Below the pieces are notes generated by a model that saw only the letters and a list, made by a program, of their open reading frames with translations, was not told the DNA's origin and did no database searches. DNA of 64,000 nt. Source: a virus. The stretch covers positions 1 through 64,000 of IMG/VR virus record IMGVR_UViG_3300018430_001101; one strand, 5' to 3'. Position 1 is the stretch's first letter. Each line of letters starts with the position of its first letter. A program made the position numbers and the translations under genes. Shown here one piece after another: positions 54,011 through 63,679 of this stretch.

Positions 54011-55471
54011 TTACTCCAACGCTTCAAATTCATCAGACACCGTGGAGGACTCCAGCACCACCGCATCCCTCGGATCCGACTCCGGGACGAGAGACAACTT
54101 GCCTGGCGGTTTCAGGACATACTTCCCGAGCACTTCTGCAAACCTCTTCTTTCCCATCATCTTCTCGAACTCGGTCAGACTGATAAGTTCCTTCTTGTAC
54201 ACATCGGTATACCCTGCCTCTGCCGCAGCTTCCACAACACCCTTGATATCGCTGAACACTCGCTTCGACCGGCCCTCGACCACCTTGTACCCCGGCACTT
54301 CCACACCGTGATTGATCGCCTCGTTTGCCACGAACGCAAACACCGAATCAATCCAGGATGCGATCCTGTTCAGCGTGGGCATGACCGCCGCAAGCTCACT
54401 GATCGGGACGAGTCCGGGAGACTTGAAGACCACGGTGCCGGTGTCACAGGAGTAGGGTGCCGTGGCGTCCGTCACTTCACTCTCCGCCGTGTCCACCGCT
54501 TCCTCTGCTACTCCCCCGCCACCTGTGGACAACTTGTCCGCTTCCACAGCTAAGTCCAACTCAGGTTGAAATGGAGAATCATCGAGAATGGGATGGTCGG
54601 GAGTATCATCAAGGTCGATGAACTCCTCCCGCGCCAGAGCCAGTGCCTCGTCAAGGCAGGCTTTGCAAACAGGCTTGGCCTTGCAGAACCGGCACCAGTC
54701 TCCCGGCTTCTGCTCACCTCTGCCTTCATAGGCCATCTGCGCTATCGGCATTATCGACTCCGCCCATGTCATCAGCTCATCCGCTGACATCTCGAACGTA
54801 CTGATGTTCGAAAGTCTCGGCTGCACGATGCTCATCCGCACGACCTCGATGTCGTAGATGAAGCCATAGGCATGGAGCGCGCCGACGGCATAGAGCATCA
54901 TCTGCGGATTGTGGTCGGAAGATACGAAGACGCCCCGGCCTCCTTTAAAATCAATGACATGGAGGAGCCCCCTGCCATCATCTCCGTCATCCCCATCATC
55001 CCCTCCTACTGTCTTGCCAATCAGCACCATGTCTCCCGTGCCGAAGCCGGATGGGACGACATGGCTGTAATCCAGCTTCTCCTCTATGAGGATCAAAGGG
55101 GGAGAGCCGGTTTTCTTCATCTCCTCAATCGTCTCAATCACGAACTGTGCGTAAACGTCCGTGACATCTTCGACCTCATCCGTATAAAACTCTTCGGACT
55201 GTGGCCGCCGCATCCTCTCGTGGAGATAATCATGCCGGATCTTATACTCACACACTTCGTGCATGAAGGTTCCCTCTGCCGCGTAGACGCTCGTCTCGTC
55301 CGGAAACTGGTCGTTGAGCCTTGCAGACGGCGGGCAGTTCAGCCACCGCTTTGCCGCCGACGCAGACAGTAGGGCGTGAGAGCGATGCGCGTGGTCCAAT
55401 ACAGGACTGTCCCGCGCTCCACCTGCTCCGATCCTCCCGTTCTTATTCATAGACATCACCTCCTTGTACAC
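54011..55471 (-). CDS. DUF2800/PD-(D/E)XK (Cas4-like) nuclease with C-terminal Cys cluster
   Basis: N-terminal HAHRSHALLSASAAKRWLNCP; CRFCKAKPVCKAC cluster; long acidic C-terminal region. Confidence 0.6.
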   Translation of the reverse strand: MYKEVMSMNKNGRIGAGGARDSPVLDHAHRSHALLSASAAKRWLNCPPSARLNDQFPDETSVYAAEGTFMHEVCEYKIRHDYLHERMRRPQSEEFYTDEVEDVTDVYAQFVIETIEEMKKTGSPPLILIEEKLDYSHVVPSGFGTGDMVLIGKTVGGDDGDDGDDGRGLLHVIDFKGGRGVFVSSDHNPQMMLYAVGALHAYGFIYDIEVVRMSIVQPRLSNISTFEMSADELMTWAESIMPIAQMAYEGRGEQKPGDWCRFCKAKPVCKACLDEALALAREEFIDLDDTPDHPILDDSPFQPELDLAVEADKLSTGGGGVAEEAVDTAESEVTDATAPYSCDTGTVVFKSPGLVPISELAAVMPTLNRIASWIDSVFAFVANEAINHGVEVPGYKVVEGRSKRVFSDIKGVVEAAAEAGYTDVYKKELISLTEFEKMMGKKRFAEVLGKYVLKPPGKLSLVPESDPRDAVVLESSTVSDEFEALE

Positions 55472-55638
55472 TTCCTTCGTTTTCTCTCGCTTTCCAACTT
55501 CAACGAAGCTGTTTTCTGCCGATTACGATAGGGGGAGTTTACGCTGAATCATCCCCGCCGCCATCAGGGGATCCAAGCCGCCATCGGGGGATACAAGATG
55601 CCACTGTGGGAAACACCGTCACATGACAGCGCGTGTGG

Positions 55639-56490
55639 TCACACCCCCGAGATGTCCGTGAGGAACGCCTCGTAATGCTCCGGCTTCAACTGAGACACCT
55701 TGTCAGCCCTGTACTTCTCCTTCAGCATCTTCTTGATCTTCGCGCTGTTCTTCCGGTCCGCCTTGATTTTCGCTACGATCACTTTCGTGATGTCGTCAGG
55801 GGTGATGGACGTTTCTCCTGCTCCCCCGGCATCATCTTCACCACTGCTACCGTTGTCCAGTGACGCTGTGGAATCCCCATCATCACTGTGGTTATCCACA
55901 GCCTCATCGGCATCTTCGCCAGCCGTAACATCAGAATCCGTGGAAGTCGGTGCCATGGAATTCACCTCGGAAGGATCAGAAGCAGGTACAGCGCCGCCGC
56001 CAGGACCGCCGCCATGATCAGCGTCCAGTCCGGCTGCTGCGGACTCCCCGGTCCTGTCCATGGGAACTTCGCTCCCCTGTCTGCCATTTCCCGATTCTTC
56101 AGCACCCACTGCTCCATCGTTTCCAGCGGTTCCACCATCATCTCCGGTTCCGTCTCCTCCGGGTCTTCCAGGTACTCCGGTTGCGGGGTTCTTGCCCTCA
56201 TCCTTACCATCTGCATCGTCATCAACTCCCTTCTTCGACTTCTTTACAGCATCGGCGCGGCGCACCCGCTCCCTCCGTTCCTGCACTTCCCTCTCCTTAG
56301 CGACCGACCGCTGGGCATCCCCAGCAAGATCAGATTCTGCCAACGTTTCACCTTCTTCCACAGCACCCATGCTGGAAAACAGCTCTGCGAGTCCGTAGAA
56401 CACTGTGGTCATCGAGTGGCTGAACTTCCTGACGTCTACAGCAATTCTGCCGCTGCCGCCACTACCACCCGGCCCCTTCTTCTCACTCAT
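55639..56490 (-). CDS. Hypothetical Asp/Gly-rich protein
   Basis: 283-aa low-complexity ORF with structured C-terminal ~60 aa. Confidence 0.35.
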   Translation of the reverse strand: MSEKKGPGGSGGSGRIAVDVRKFSHSMTTVFYGLAELFSSMGAVEEGETLAESDLAGDAQRSVAKEREVQERRERVRRADAVKKSKKGVDDDADGKDEGKNPATGVPGRPGGDGTGDDGGTAGNDGAVGAEESGNGRQGSEVPMDRTGESAAAGLDADHGGGPGGGAVPASDPSEVNSMAPTSTDSDVTAGEDADEAVDNHSDDGDSTASLDNGSSGEDDAGGAGETSITPDDITKVIVAKIKADRKNSAKIKKMLKEKYRADKVSQLKPEHYEAFLTDISGV

Positions 56491-56557
56491 AATCTCTACC
56501 TCCTGTAGTTCTTTTCCTGCTTCTCATCGTTCACACAACCATGCATCTGCACGTCTC

Positions 56558-57373
56558 TCACACGTGGTGCGCTGCGATCCTTGACTTCGGAGTGGTACGG
56601 ATGAACCTGCATCCCTTGCACCTGTGGGAATCAGTACCGTGAGAATCAGCACTGTGGTCGCCAAGCCCATCAGCAGGCTCTCCCATCTCATCCAGCACCT
56701 CTGCCAGTGCGTCAAGGTAGAGCCTCATGCCCAGGAAGACCTTCTCCACAGTGTGGCGGTCGATTTTCAGGATGTGTGAGATAGCGTCCTTCATGTCCGC
56801 CTGATCAACCTCAACCGAGTGATGCTCCGTCGAGAGGACCGCGGATGTCTTGCTATCTTCCCCTCCGTCATCGGTCCCGTCACCGCTGCAGCCGCCGCCT
56901 TCGCCGGTCTCATCATCATCGGCCACGCCATCATCGGAGTCATAGTAGCCGCCGTCATCCGGGGAGATGCAGTCATCAGGAACGCAGGAGTCATCGCAGA
57001 ACCCGTCCCTCATCCAGGCTGAACTCTCATAATGCTCAGCGTTGTGGATATCGAGATTTGCCTCGCCTATGTTGATCTCACCAATGTTGATCACGATGCC
57101 GGGGATTGTCAGTTCTTCCAGGATTCCGCCGTCCATGGTGTCGTCCACAGTGTCTTCCGCGTTCTCGTTCACAGTGTCTTCCGCAGTCTCGTCGGCAGTG
57201 TTGTCCACGCTGTTTCCTGTGGACTTCTTGTCCTCAGGATCAGGAGAAGGCATGGTTATCGCTTCCTTGTGGCTGTTCTGTACCGTGTGGAGATCGACAT
57301 CGTACTGCTTCTCAGCATCGCGCTTTGCGCATTCAGCTTCGAATCGGCGCATCATTTCTTCTGTTACCTTCAT
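56558..57373 (-). CDS. Hypothetical acidic protein
   Basis: ATG 57373 after GAGGT SD; hexamer tandem repeat lies upstream in noncoding DNA. Confidence 0.4.
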   Translation of the reverse strand: MKVTEEMMRRFEAECAKRDAEKQYDVDLHTVQNSHKEAITMPSPDPEDKKSTGNSVDNTADETAEDTVNENAEDTVDDTMDGGILEELTIPGIVINIGEINIGEANLDIHNAEHYESSAWMRDGFCDDSCVPDDCISPDDGGYYDSDDGVADDDETGEGGGCSGDGTDDGGEDSKTSAVLSTEHHSVEVDQADMKDAISHILKIDRHTVEKVFLGMRLYLDALAEVLDEMGEPADGLGDHSADSHGTDSHRCKGCRFIRTTPKSRIAAHHV

Positions 57374-57395
57374 TCTTCGTACCTCATTTCTTTCT

Positions 57396-57460
57396 GATTT
57401 ATTGCTGTTGCTGTTGTCATTGCTGTTGCTGTTGTCATTGCTGTTGTCATTGTCGTTCCT
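57396..57460. repeat. Hexamer tandem repeat (GTTGCT / GTCATT units)
   Basis: attgctgttgctgttgtcattgctgttgctgttgtcattgctgttgtcattgtcgtt. Confidence 0.5.
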
Positions 57461-58092
57461 ATTTCCACAGCCCCTTCTCTGAAGCCGGGCGGCTGTTGGC
57501 ATCAAAAAAGCTCCGGTGCCGGGTGTTATGCCCTTCACTGAAGCTTATGTTGCTGTAGTTCTTTAGTTCTATAGTTCATCTGTTCCATATTCAGTTGTAA
57601 ACTTGCCGACGACTCTCTCTTCCACAGGCGGGTCGTGGATCCTGTGATCGTTCTCTCTATTCATATCGAATCTCCCCAGATGAGGGCGGCTCATCACCTC
57701 GCCCTCAGGAACTGGCTCTCCAGCCTCGCCTCCTGCTCCTTCACGATGTTCCTCACGGCGTCGCACGGCGTGGGATCCGAAAGACCGCACATGTTCCTGC
57801 GTGCGATCAGCTCCTGTTTCATCCTGCGGTTTTCTCTCTGCCTCTTACGATCCTTCATGATGTTCTATTCCTTTCTCTTACGCTTTCTGTTTCCTGTGAT
57901 CGGTTTCTTGCTTCTCTACCTATTCCCTTGTCTCCCTCTGCTCCTGCCTTTCCGCGCCCCTGTTTCCTGGGATCCCGGGAAAGGGAAAGAGGTGCTCCCC
58001 GGTTTCCCGGGGAAACTCTGCGTTAACGACGACATCCGGTTTTACGGGCAACGACGAGTCCTCATGCGACCAAAGTATTCAGTTTGTTTGGC

Positions 58093-58338
58093 TCACGCCA
58101 TTCCGGCAGCCGTTCGTCTGGGAGTGTGGCCGGAACTGCCTCGTTCTCTCATGACGTTCTGGATCGCCCGGTACGCTGTGTCATCCCTGTAGCCCTCGGG
58201 ATTCAGCCAGGGCTTTTCCACGACCTGTGGCCGGGACTGGCCTGACTGGCAGTTCTGCTCTGTCTTCGTCTTCCGGGGAGCAAGCATCCCCATTTTCTGA
58301 AGCATCTTGACCTGTCTCTGGATCTTCCTGTTTCTCAT
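58093..58338 (-). CDS. Small basic protein, first gene downstream of operator (Cro-like position)
   Basis: ATG 58338 preceded by AAGGAGGGA. Confidence 0.45.
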   Translation of the reverse strand: MRNRKIQRQVKMLQKMGMLAPRKTKTEQNCQSGQSRPQVVEKPWLNPEGYRDDTAYRAIQNVMRERGSSGHTPRRTAAGMA

Positions 58339-58452
58339 TTCGTTGTCCCTCCTTGTGGATGTGTCTGTGGATGATGCGGTTGGTGTTTCGGTTGTATCGG
58401 TTGTCTCCCACTCGGGATGGTTATAGTTTATGCAATTTCATCGCCGAAGAAT

Positions 58453-58500
58453 TAGCGTTAACGACAAGATTTGAATTTGATATTGTCGTTAACGACAATT
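58453..58500. promoter_or_regulatory. Operator: perfect 18-bp palindrome ATTGTCGTTAACGACAAT (58483-58500) plus near-copy (58455-58467); third half-site at 58018-58034
   Basis: Lies between XRE repressor gene stop and next gene start. Confidence 0.6.
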
Positions 58501-58541
58501 CTTTTCTCTTTTTCTGGTGTAAAATGAGGGATTCATCTCTC

Positions 58542-58886
58542 TCACATGATGTCCACCATGGAAGCAAATATCTGGATGAGTTTCTTCTGGTCAGCAAGGG
58601 ACTTCTTTTGAAGCTTCTCGATAATCGGAAGCATCTCAGCGGGGACATCTGAAAACTGATCAAGTTCAGATGGCTGCAGGCTTGCAAGTGAAGTCTTGAG
58701 TGCGGCGGCAATCTTTATCAGCCTGTCTGTCCGCACTGCCCTCTGTCCAGATTCAATTCGTGAAAGCGCAGAGGCATCCATATCAGTACGAACAGCCAGC
58801 TCCGCTGCTGACATCCCCAGCTCTTCGCGTCTTGCTCTGATCCTGTCGCCCATGTCCACAAGGCTCTGGTTGTATTCGACTGCCAC
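58542..58886 (-). CDS. XRE-family HTH transcriptional regulator (repressor candidate)
   Basis: LGMSAAELAVRTDMDASALSRIESGQR HTH_3 pattern. Confidence 0.8.
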   Translation of the reverse strand: MAVEYNQSLVDMGDRIRARREELGMSAAELAVRTDMDASALSRIESGQRAVRTDRLIKIAAALKTSLASLQPSELDQFSDVPAEMLPIIEKLQKKSLADQKKLIQIFASMVDIM

Positions 58887-59804
58887 TGCGCTCTCACCTC
58901 CTTTCTGACGTATTTGGTATGCCCCTCTACATATAGGGCGCTACAGAGCCCGGAATTTTCCTGTTCTGTGAGATTTTTTCTTTGGAACTTGTTTCTTCCC
59001 CTATATACCCCAGATGTCAGGGGTGCGGAGATGACATCTCCGGTGGGATCTCTTTCTCCCCTTCTACTACTCATAAGGGAATCAGGTCGAAGGAAATCTC
59101 TCCCTCTGAAAATTCCTTCAAAAATCTGTTTCAGTTTCCTTCATCTATATTTATGTGAGAAACGCCCCTGATTTAGTCGCAGCATCTCTGCAACACGTGG
59201 AGATTCGCGTAGTTATTCGTTCATTTTTATCCTTATCCTGTCATCCTGTTCGCTCTGACCATTTTTCTGACTTCTTCTTTCTCCTCCAAACTATCCTGTC
59301 TGCCGCCACCTGTGGGCAATTTGATAGTTTCTATCGGAACCCGCTATTGTATTCTGCAAGAAGCCATGGGTGCATGAGTGTGGTTCTTTCTGCTGAGGGA
59401 TCTGTGCGGGGCTGTAATGATCCTCCACACGTGTGGAAAATAAAAAAACCGGGGCAAACAAAAGACATCAACGATAAAGACCATAGCGACAACGGTCTTA
59501 TCCTCGTTCCTTTCTGACATCTTCTGTCTGCTCCGGCTATTCCGGGTGACTCATTCTATCTGTTTTTGCCTATGAATTCACTTACATCTCGGCATGCTGC
59601 TTCACATGCTGTTATGCTCTTTCCGTCTTTCGGCAGATGGTGCATTCATGGCGCGGTGGTCCCCTGTGCTCGGTAGCGCAATTTTCAATTGTACGTGGCG
59701 TTCAGGCCGCCAGCTGCTTCCGTCCTCGTAGTTCCGTACCATGTGTGTCCGAACTATTGATATTTCTCCATACACACCTTCTCACATGGATAACTCCAAG
59801 TGGC

Positions 59805-60056
59805 TCACACGCTATATATCGATATCTTCTCCTTGGGATATACTTCTGCTGTTTTCAAATCTACGACGGATCGATGCCCGCAATTACCGCATTTCAGTTC
59901 CATATGCCCTGACGAAGCATCTTCATAAAGAAACGCGAGAGGCTTCCTGCAAAAAGGGCAACGCGGCTTTCCTTTTAATCTCATGTGGGAAATGCCTTTG
60001 AATATATTAGACCCCGAAGCATTATTCAGCATTATGTTGTAGTCCTCCTCAGTCAA
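59805..60056 (-). CDS. Small zinc-finger protein (CPFC...CGNC), low-GC
   Basis: 83-aa ORF in AT-rich island. Confidence 0.4.
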   Translation of the reverse strand: MTEEDYNIMLNNASGSNIFKGISHMRLKGKPRCPFCRKPLAFLYEDASSGHMELKCGNCGHRSVVDLKTAEVYPKEKISIYSV

Positions 60057-60894
60057 GATATGCTTTAATCATCTCCCTGGTTTCCTTTGCCAGGCGTAGC
60101 TCATCCATGGATTCTTCAATCTGCTGGTATAAAACATTTATTGCAATAAGTATTTGGTCTCTTTTGCCGTACTCCCTCGTACAACATACAGCATGAACTT
60201 CCTTTTGCGTATCAACGTGATATACTTCACAGAACGGTCTGCTATCAGGGCTTGCATCGATACAGTCCATCATATAGACCCTATCCCCTTCATCATTGAT
60301 GTCCGTGTAAAAACACGCCCCTTCAACAGATATCACCTGATTGGGGTAAAATCGTGAACAGTAGCTGTATCTCCTGTTATTCTCCTCAGTGGAACCGCTT
60401 GAATCGCTTTTAATCGAATACAATAAATGTGGCGGCTCCCTGTCTGCTGGCCAATCTGCGAAATCAATATGGTCATCATAGGTTTCTCTTATCCAGATCA
60501 GTTTCCCATTTCTTGTATTACATCTGAGCTTTTTCAAGAACTTCAACAAAGAGTCTTCATCCGGAGACAATTCACGGAACTCACAATACAACAGTTCATC
60601 AACCCCAACCCCAAGCATTTTTGCTGCAGTTACGATAAACTCTACAGAAGGATCGGTTGTGTTGTCTTCCTTCTCGAGCCTTGACAGGTAACCCGCAGCG
60701 TTGCCAGAGGCTCGTTCGATATCCCCCAGCTTCTTATGCTTTATGTCTATCAGTTTTCTTATATTTTTAAAGCACTTACGCTTATCGAATTGCTTCACTG
60801 GTTCTTCTGCTGGATTATAACCTGTATGCCTAAATGCATATTCTGCCGTTGTGTCAGCATGAGGTTGGAATAATCGCTTGCTCCTCCTTCCCAA
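60049..60894 (-). CDS. HTH-domain protein with unknown C-terminal domain (low-GC moron)
   Basis: N-terminal XRE-like HTH (LGDIERASGNAAGYLSRLEKE); 281 aa; GC markedly lower than flanks. Confidence 0.55.
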   Translation of the reverse strand: MGRRSKRLFQPHADTTAEYAFRHTGYNPAEEPVKQFDKRKCFKNIRKLIDIKHKKLGDIERASGNAAGYLSRLEKEDNTTDPSVEFIVTAAKMLGVGVDELLYCEFRELSPDEDSLLKFLKKLRCNTRNGKLIWIRETYDDHIDFADWPADREPPHLLYSIKSDSSGSTEENNRRYSYCSRFYPNQVISVEGACFYTDINDEGDRVYMMDCIDASPDSRPFCEVYHVDTQKEVHAVCCTREYGKRDQILIAINVLYQQIEESMDELRLAKETREMIKAYLD

Positions 60895-61105
60895 GTAGCT
60901 TCACCACCTTCCTACTATTTTACAATCAAATATATCATGGCTTAAGTATATTTACAAGTGCTAAATTATCGTTGCATTATATTTTAATGTTCGAAGAAAT
61001 TTGTAATTTATTACAACAGCAACAACCTTATTCGCATTATTTTCAAAAAACAACCCCCTATCAATCCTATCATGTCCAATTATTATCCAAACATTTGTTT
61101 GCTGA

Positions 61106-61195
61106 TTGCTGTCAGCAAAATCAGTATATCTGAATTTTTAATTGCTGTCAACAGCGAATTTCAATGTTGACAGCAATCAACACCAATGCTATAAT
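61106..61195 (+). promoter_or_regulatory. Consensus sigma-70-type promoter (TTGACA 61167-61172, 17-nt spacer, TATAAT 61190-61195) overlapped by inverted-repeat operators (ATTGCTGTCAACA 61141-61153 / TGTTGACAGCAAT 61165-61177; TTGCTGTCAGCAA 61106-61118)
   Basis: Read directly from sequence; positioned to drive XRE/ImmA operon, divergent from the leftward genes. Confidence 0.65.
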
Positions 61196-61292
61196 CAGGT
61201 ATGGTTGGAAGGCGTATGCTTATGATCAAAGTGATCATGCAAAACTTACACAAGTCTCCTGGAGAAGCCAGGATTAGAAAGAGGTGAAAAGA

Positions 61293-61673
61293 ATGGGTAG
61301 AAATGTCCCTCCTTCCAGATTGGGAGCAGTTGTCCTGGCCAAGCGCAAAAAGCTCGGCCTGTCGCAGCGCCAGCTCGCAGAGCGTGTCGGGCTGAACAAC
61401 GCGACTATATGCAAAGTTGAAAAGGATCCTTCGCTGATCCCGGACACACGCACTCTCCAGCTCCTTGCCGAAGCACTCGAACTCGACTACAACTATCTGC
61501 TTGCATTAAATGAAACCATCCCGGATGACAGGGACATGCGCATCATCGCCCGGGCGAAGAACAACATGTCCCCAGAGGATCAGGAAAAGATGATGTCGCT
61601 TCTGCGCACAACCTTTGACCTCGCCTTCTCTGATGCTGAAAGCGACGGAATCGACGACAGCGATTTCCTGTAA
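61293..61673 (+). CDS. XRE-family HTH transcriptional regulator
   Basis: LGLSQRQLAERVGLNNATICKVEKD; SD AGAGGTG before ATG 61293. Confidence 0.8.
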   Translation: MGRNVPPSRLGAVVLAKRKKLGLSQRQLAERVGLNNATICKVEKDPSLIPDTRTLQLLAEALELDYNYLLALNETIPDDRDMRIIARAKNNMSPEDQEKMMSLLRTTFDLAFSDAESDGIDDSDFL

Positions 61674-61762
61674 TGGGCGAGCAGCTCTGTCGGCCGGCAC
61701 CTGCTATAGCCACGCCTGCAGCGACATGCCTGTGGCTATTCCATAATTGTTCAGCATAATCA

Positions 61763-63679
61763 GTGAAATTTCGTCCGGCGGTACTTCGTGCGGCGATAGA
61801 TTTGGCGGTACATCCTATGATACGTGAAGCAAGTTATTACAGATCCGTCAGGGCGGCACTGAATGTCCTTCGCGAAACCGATGCGGACAGTTTTCCAATA
61901 AACCTTAAACGAGTCCTCCGGTTTAGAAACGTGAAGCTGAAAACATATGAAGAAATCGTCAGTACCGGTAAGTACTCCTTGCAGGACTGCTTCACTTTCT
62001 TTGGCGAGGATGGAGCCGCCATTTTCTACCCTGCCGCCGGAAGGTACGTCATTGCCTACAACAGCCATTCCCGCTCCAGCCATCGCAAGCGTTTTACTAT
62101 CGCACACGAACTGGGGCATATCGTGCTTGGCCATCACAGCGAATATGGCGCGCCAGTGCTAAAGCGGTATTTCATTGAGAAACCGTTGTATGATGTCCTC
62201 GAGGACGAGGCGAACTGCTTTGCCAGAAACCTTCTATCTCCGCCTATGGCTGCCAACAGTCTGCTGCGCCTACACGGCTACACCTTCTCGCAATTTGACA
62301 AGAGAAAAGACAGAAACGTGTGGATTCGGGTGCCTGGCGCCGCCGTGGTAAATGACCCACCGCGAGGACTCTCTGATTCCTTTTTCATTCAGAATGCTTT
62401 CTTCATTACCAATGCGGCCGCTGAGACGAGATGCCACTTCCTCAAATCCGACTTAATGTATACTCCGATGGCTGAAGCAGAATCCCTGCTCAGCCGTTTT
62501 CGTTTCACAAGCAGGTGGCGCTGCAGGGCATGCGGCGCTCCGAAGATCGACGGTGCCTCTTACTGCTACAACTGCGGAGAAGAAGGCAGATTCGGATACT
62601 TCTCGAAGAATCCGGAGCCGGAGAGACCAGTGTTCCTCAGATACATGGGCGGTCAGTTCATCTCCTGCCCCTTCTGTGGAAATGGCAGGATCCCCGCCGG
62701 GTCGTACTTCTGTACCGTGTGCGGACAGCCGGTTTCCAATCCGTGCATGCCTGCCGCCGATGTTACGTCAGGATCGGAAACGTTAGGATCGGATACATCA
62801 TGCGCAGGTATAGCAGCGAGGATGCTTCCCCGTCAGCAGGAGGCCCGTCAGGCTGGTAGCGGCACACAAAGGTTTAGCCGTCAGGCAGGCGGCGTGAACA
62901 GCATCAGCCACGCATACCGCAGCCGTGGACATGTATTCTCATACCTGCAGAGGATTTCCTCTGATGCGTCGATACGCTCTGCAACGCACATGAATCCCGT
63001 CGGAGCGAACTACTGCCTCTCCTGCGGAATGCCCACGCTGTATGGACTGATGTATGCTCACGGTTCCAATCCCGACTGTGAGAATCAAGACCAGCCATCT
63101 GGTCTGTCAGGTTCGTCTGATCACCCCGATGCACCTGATCCGCCGCCTGAATATTTTGAATACGGACGCAGGCTCAGGATTGAATCTGCAATCACCCGTT
63201 CCGCTACATACTCTGCGGTGGCGGAGGACAGCAGGAGCGCTATCACTACAGGAGAAATACCAACTGTGAAATACGGACCGAACATTCCTTACGAAGAACA
63301 ATATGACGAGCGGTTCAATGACCGGGTCTTCAAAGTCACCAAATGCCCGAGGTGTCTTAATGAAGACATTGAGGACGATGCGGCGTTCTGCATCATCTGC
63401 GGGATGAGTCTTTTGAACATGTGCGACGGTTACTATGAATCCGGCATCAGCGGAGATCCCATCCAGCACAGCAACCCCTCAAACGCACGATTCTGCCACA
63501 TCTGCGGGTCTCCCACAGCGTACTCAAGGCTCAAGATCCTGCCGCCTTACAGAGTGGCGTTGGAAAAGATGCGGAAAGAGAAAGAGCAGGAAGACCTGCT
63601 GCGCCGGGAACTTGCCGAAAGGGACATCGATCCTGATCTGTTCTTTGATGATGAACCGTTTGAAGGTAGACCTGAATGA
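61763..63679 (+). CDS. ImmA/IrrE-family metallopeptidase with extended C-terminal region carrying at least five CxxC...CxxC zinc ribbons
   Basis: HEXXH motif FTIAHELGHIVLGHH; zinc ribbons CRACG...CYNCG, CPFCG...CTVCG, CLSCG, CPRCL...CIICG, CHICG. Start may be GTG 61763 or ATG 61814. Confidence 0.75.
   Translation: MKFRPAVLRAAIDLAVHPMIREASYYRSVRAALNVLRETDADSFPINLKRVLRFRNVKLKTYEEIVSTGKYSLQDCFTFFGEDGAAIFYPAAGRYVIAYNSHSRSSHRKRFTIAHELGHIVLGHHSEYGAPVLKRYFIEKPLYDVLEDEANCFARNLLSPPMAANSLLRLHGYTFSQFDKRKDRNVWIRVPGAAVVNDPPRGLSDSFFIQNAFFITNAAAETRCHFLKSDLMYTPMAEAESLLSRFRFTSRWRCRACGAPKIDGASYCYNCGEEGRFGYFSKNPEPERPVFLRYMGGQFISCPFCGNGRIPAGSYFCTVCGQPVSNPCMPAADVTSGSETLGSDTSCAGIAARMLPRQQEARQAGSGTQRFSRQAGGVNSISHAYRSRGHVFSYLQRISSDASIRSATHMNPVGANYCLSCGMPTLYGLMYAHGSNPDCENQDQPSGLSGSSDHPDAPDPPPEYFEYGRRLRIESAITRSATYSAVAEDSRSAITTGEIPTVKYGPNIPYEEQYDERFNDRVFKVTKCPRCLNEDIEDDAAFCIICGMSLLNMCDGYYESGISGDPIQHSNPSNARFCHICGSPTAYSRLKILPPYRVALEKMRKEKEQEDLLRRELAERDIDPDLFFDDEPFEGRPE

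Noticed and set aside
59155-59520. Possible tRNA or att site in the AT-rich stretch before the low-GC island
   Set aside because: No cloverleaf-compatible acceptor/T-arm (GTTCGA-type) pattern could be found by eye. Cannot exclude without tRNAscan.
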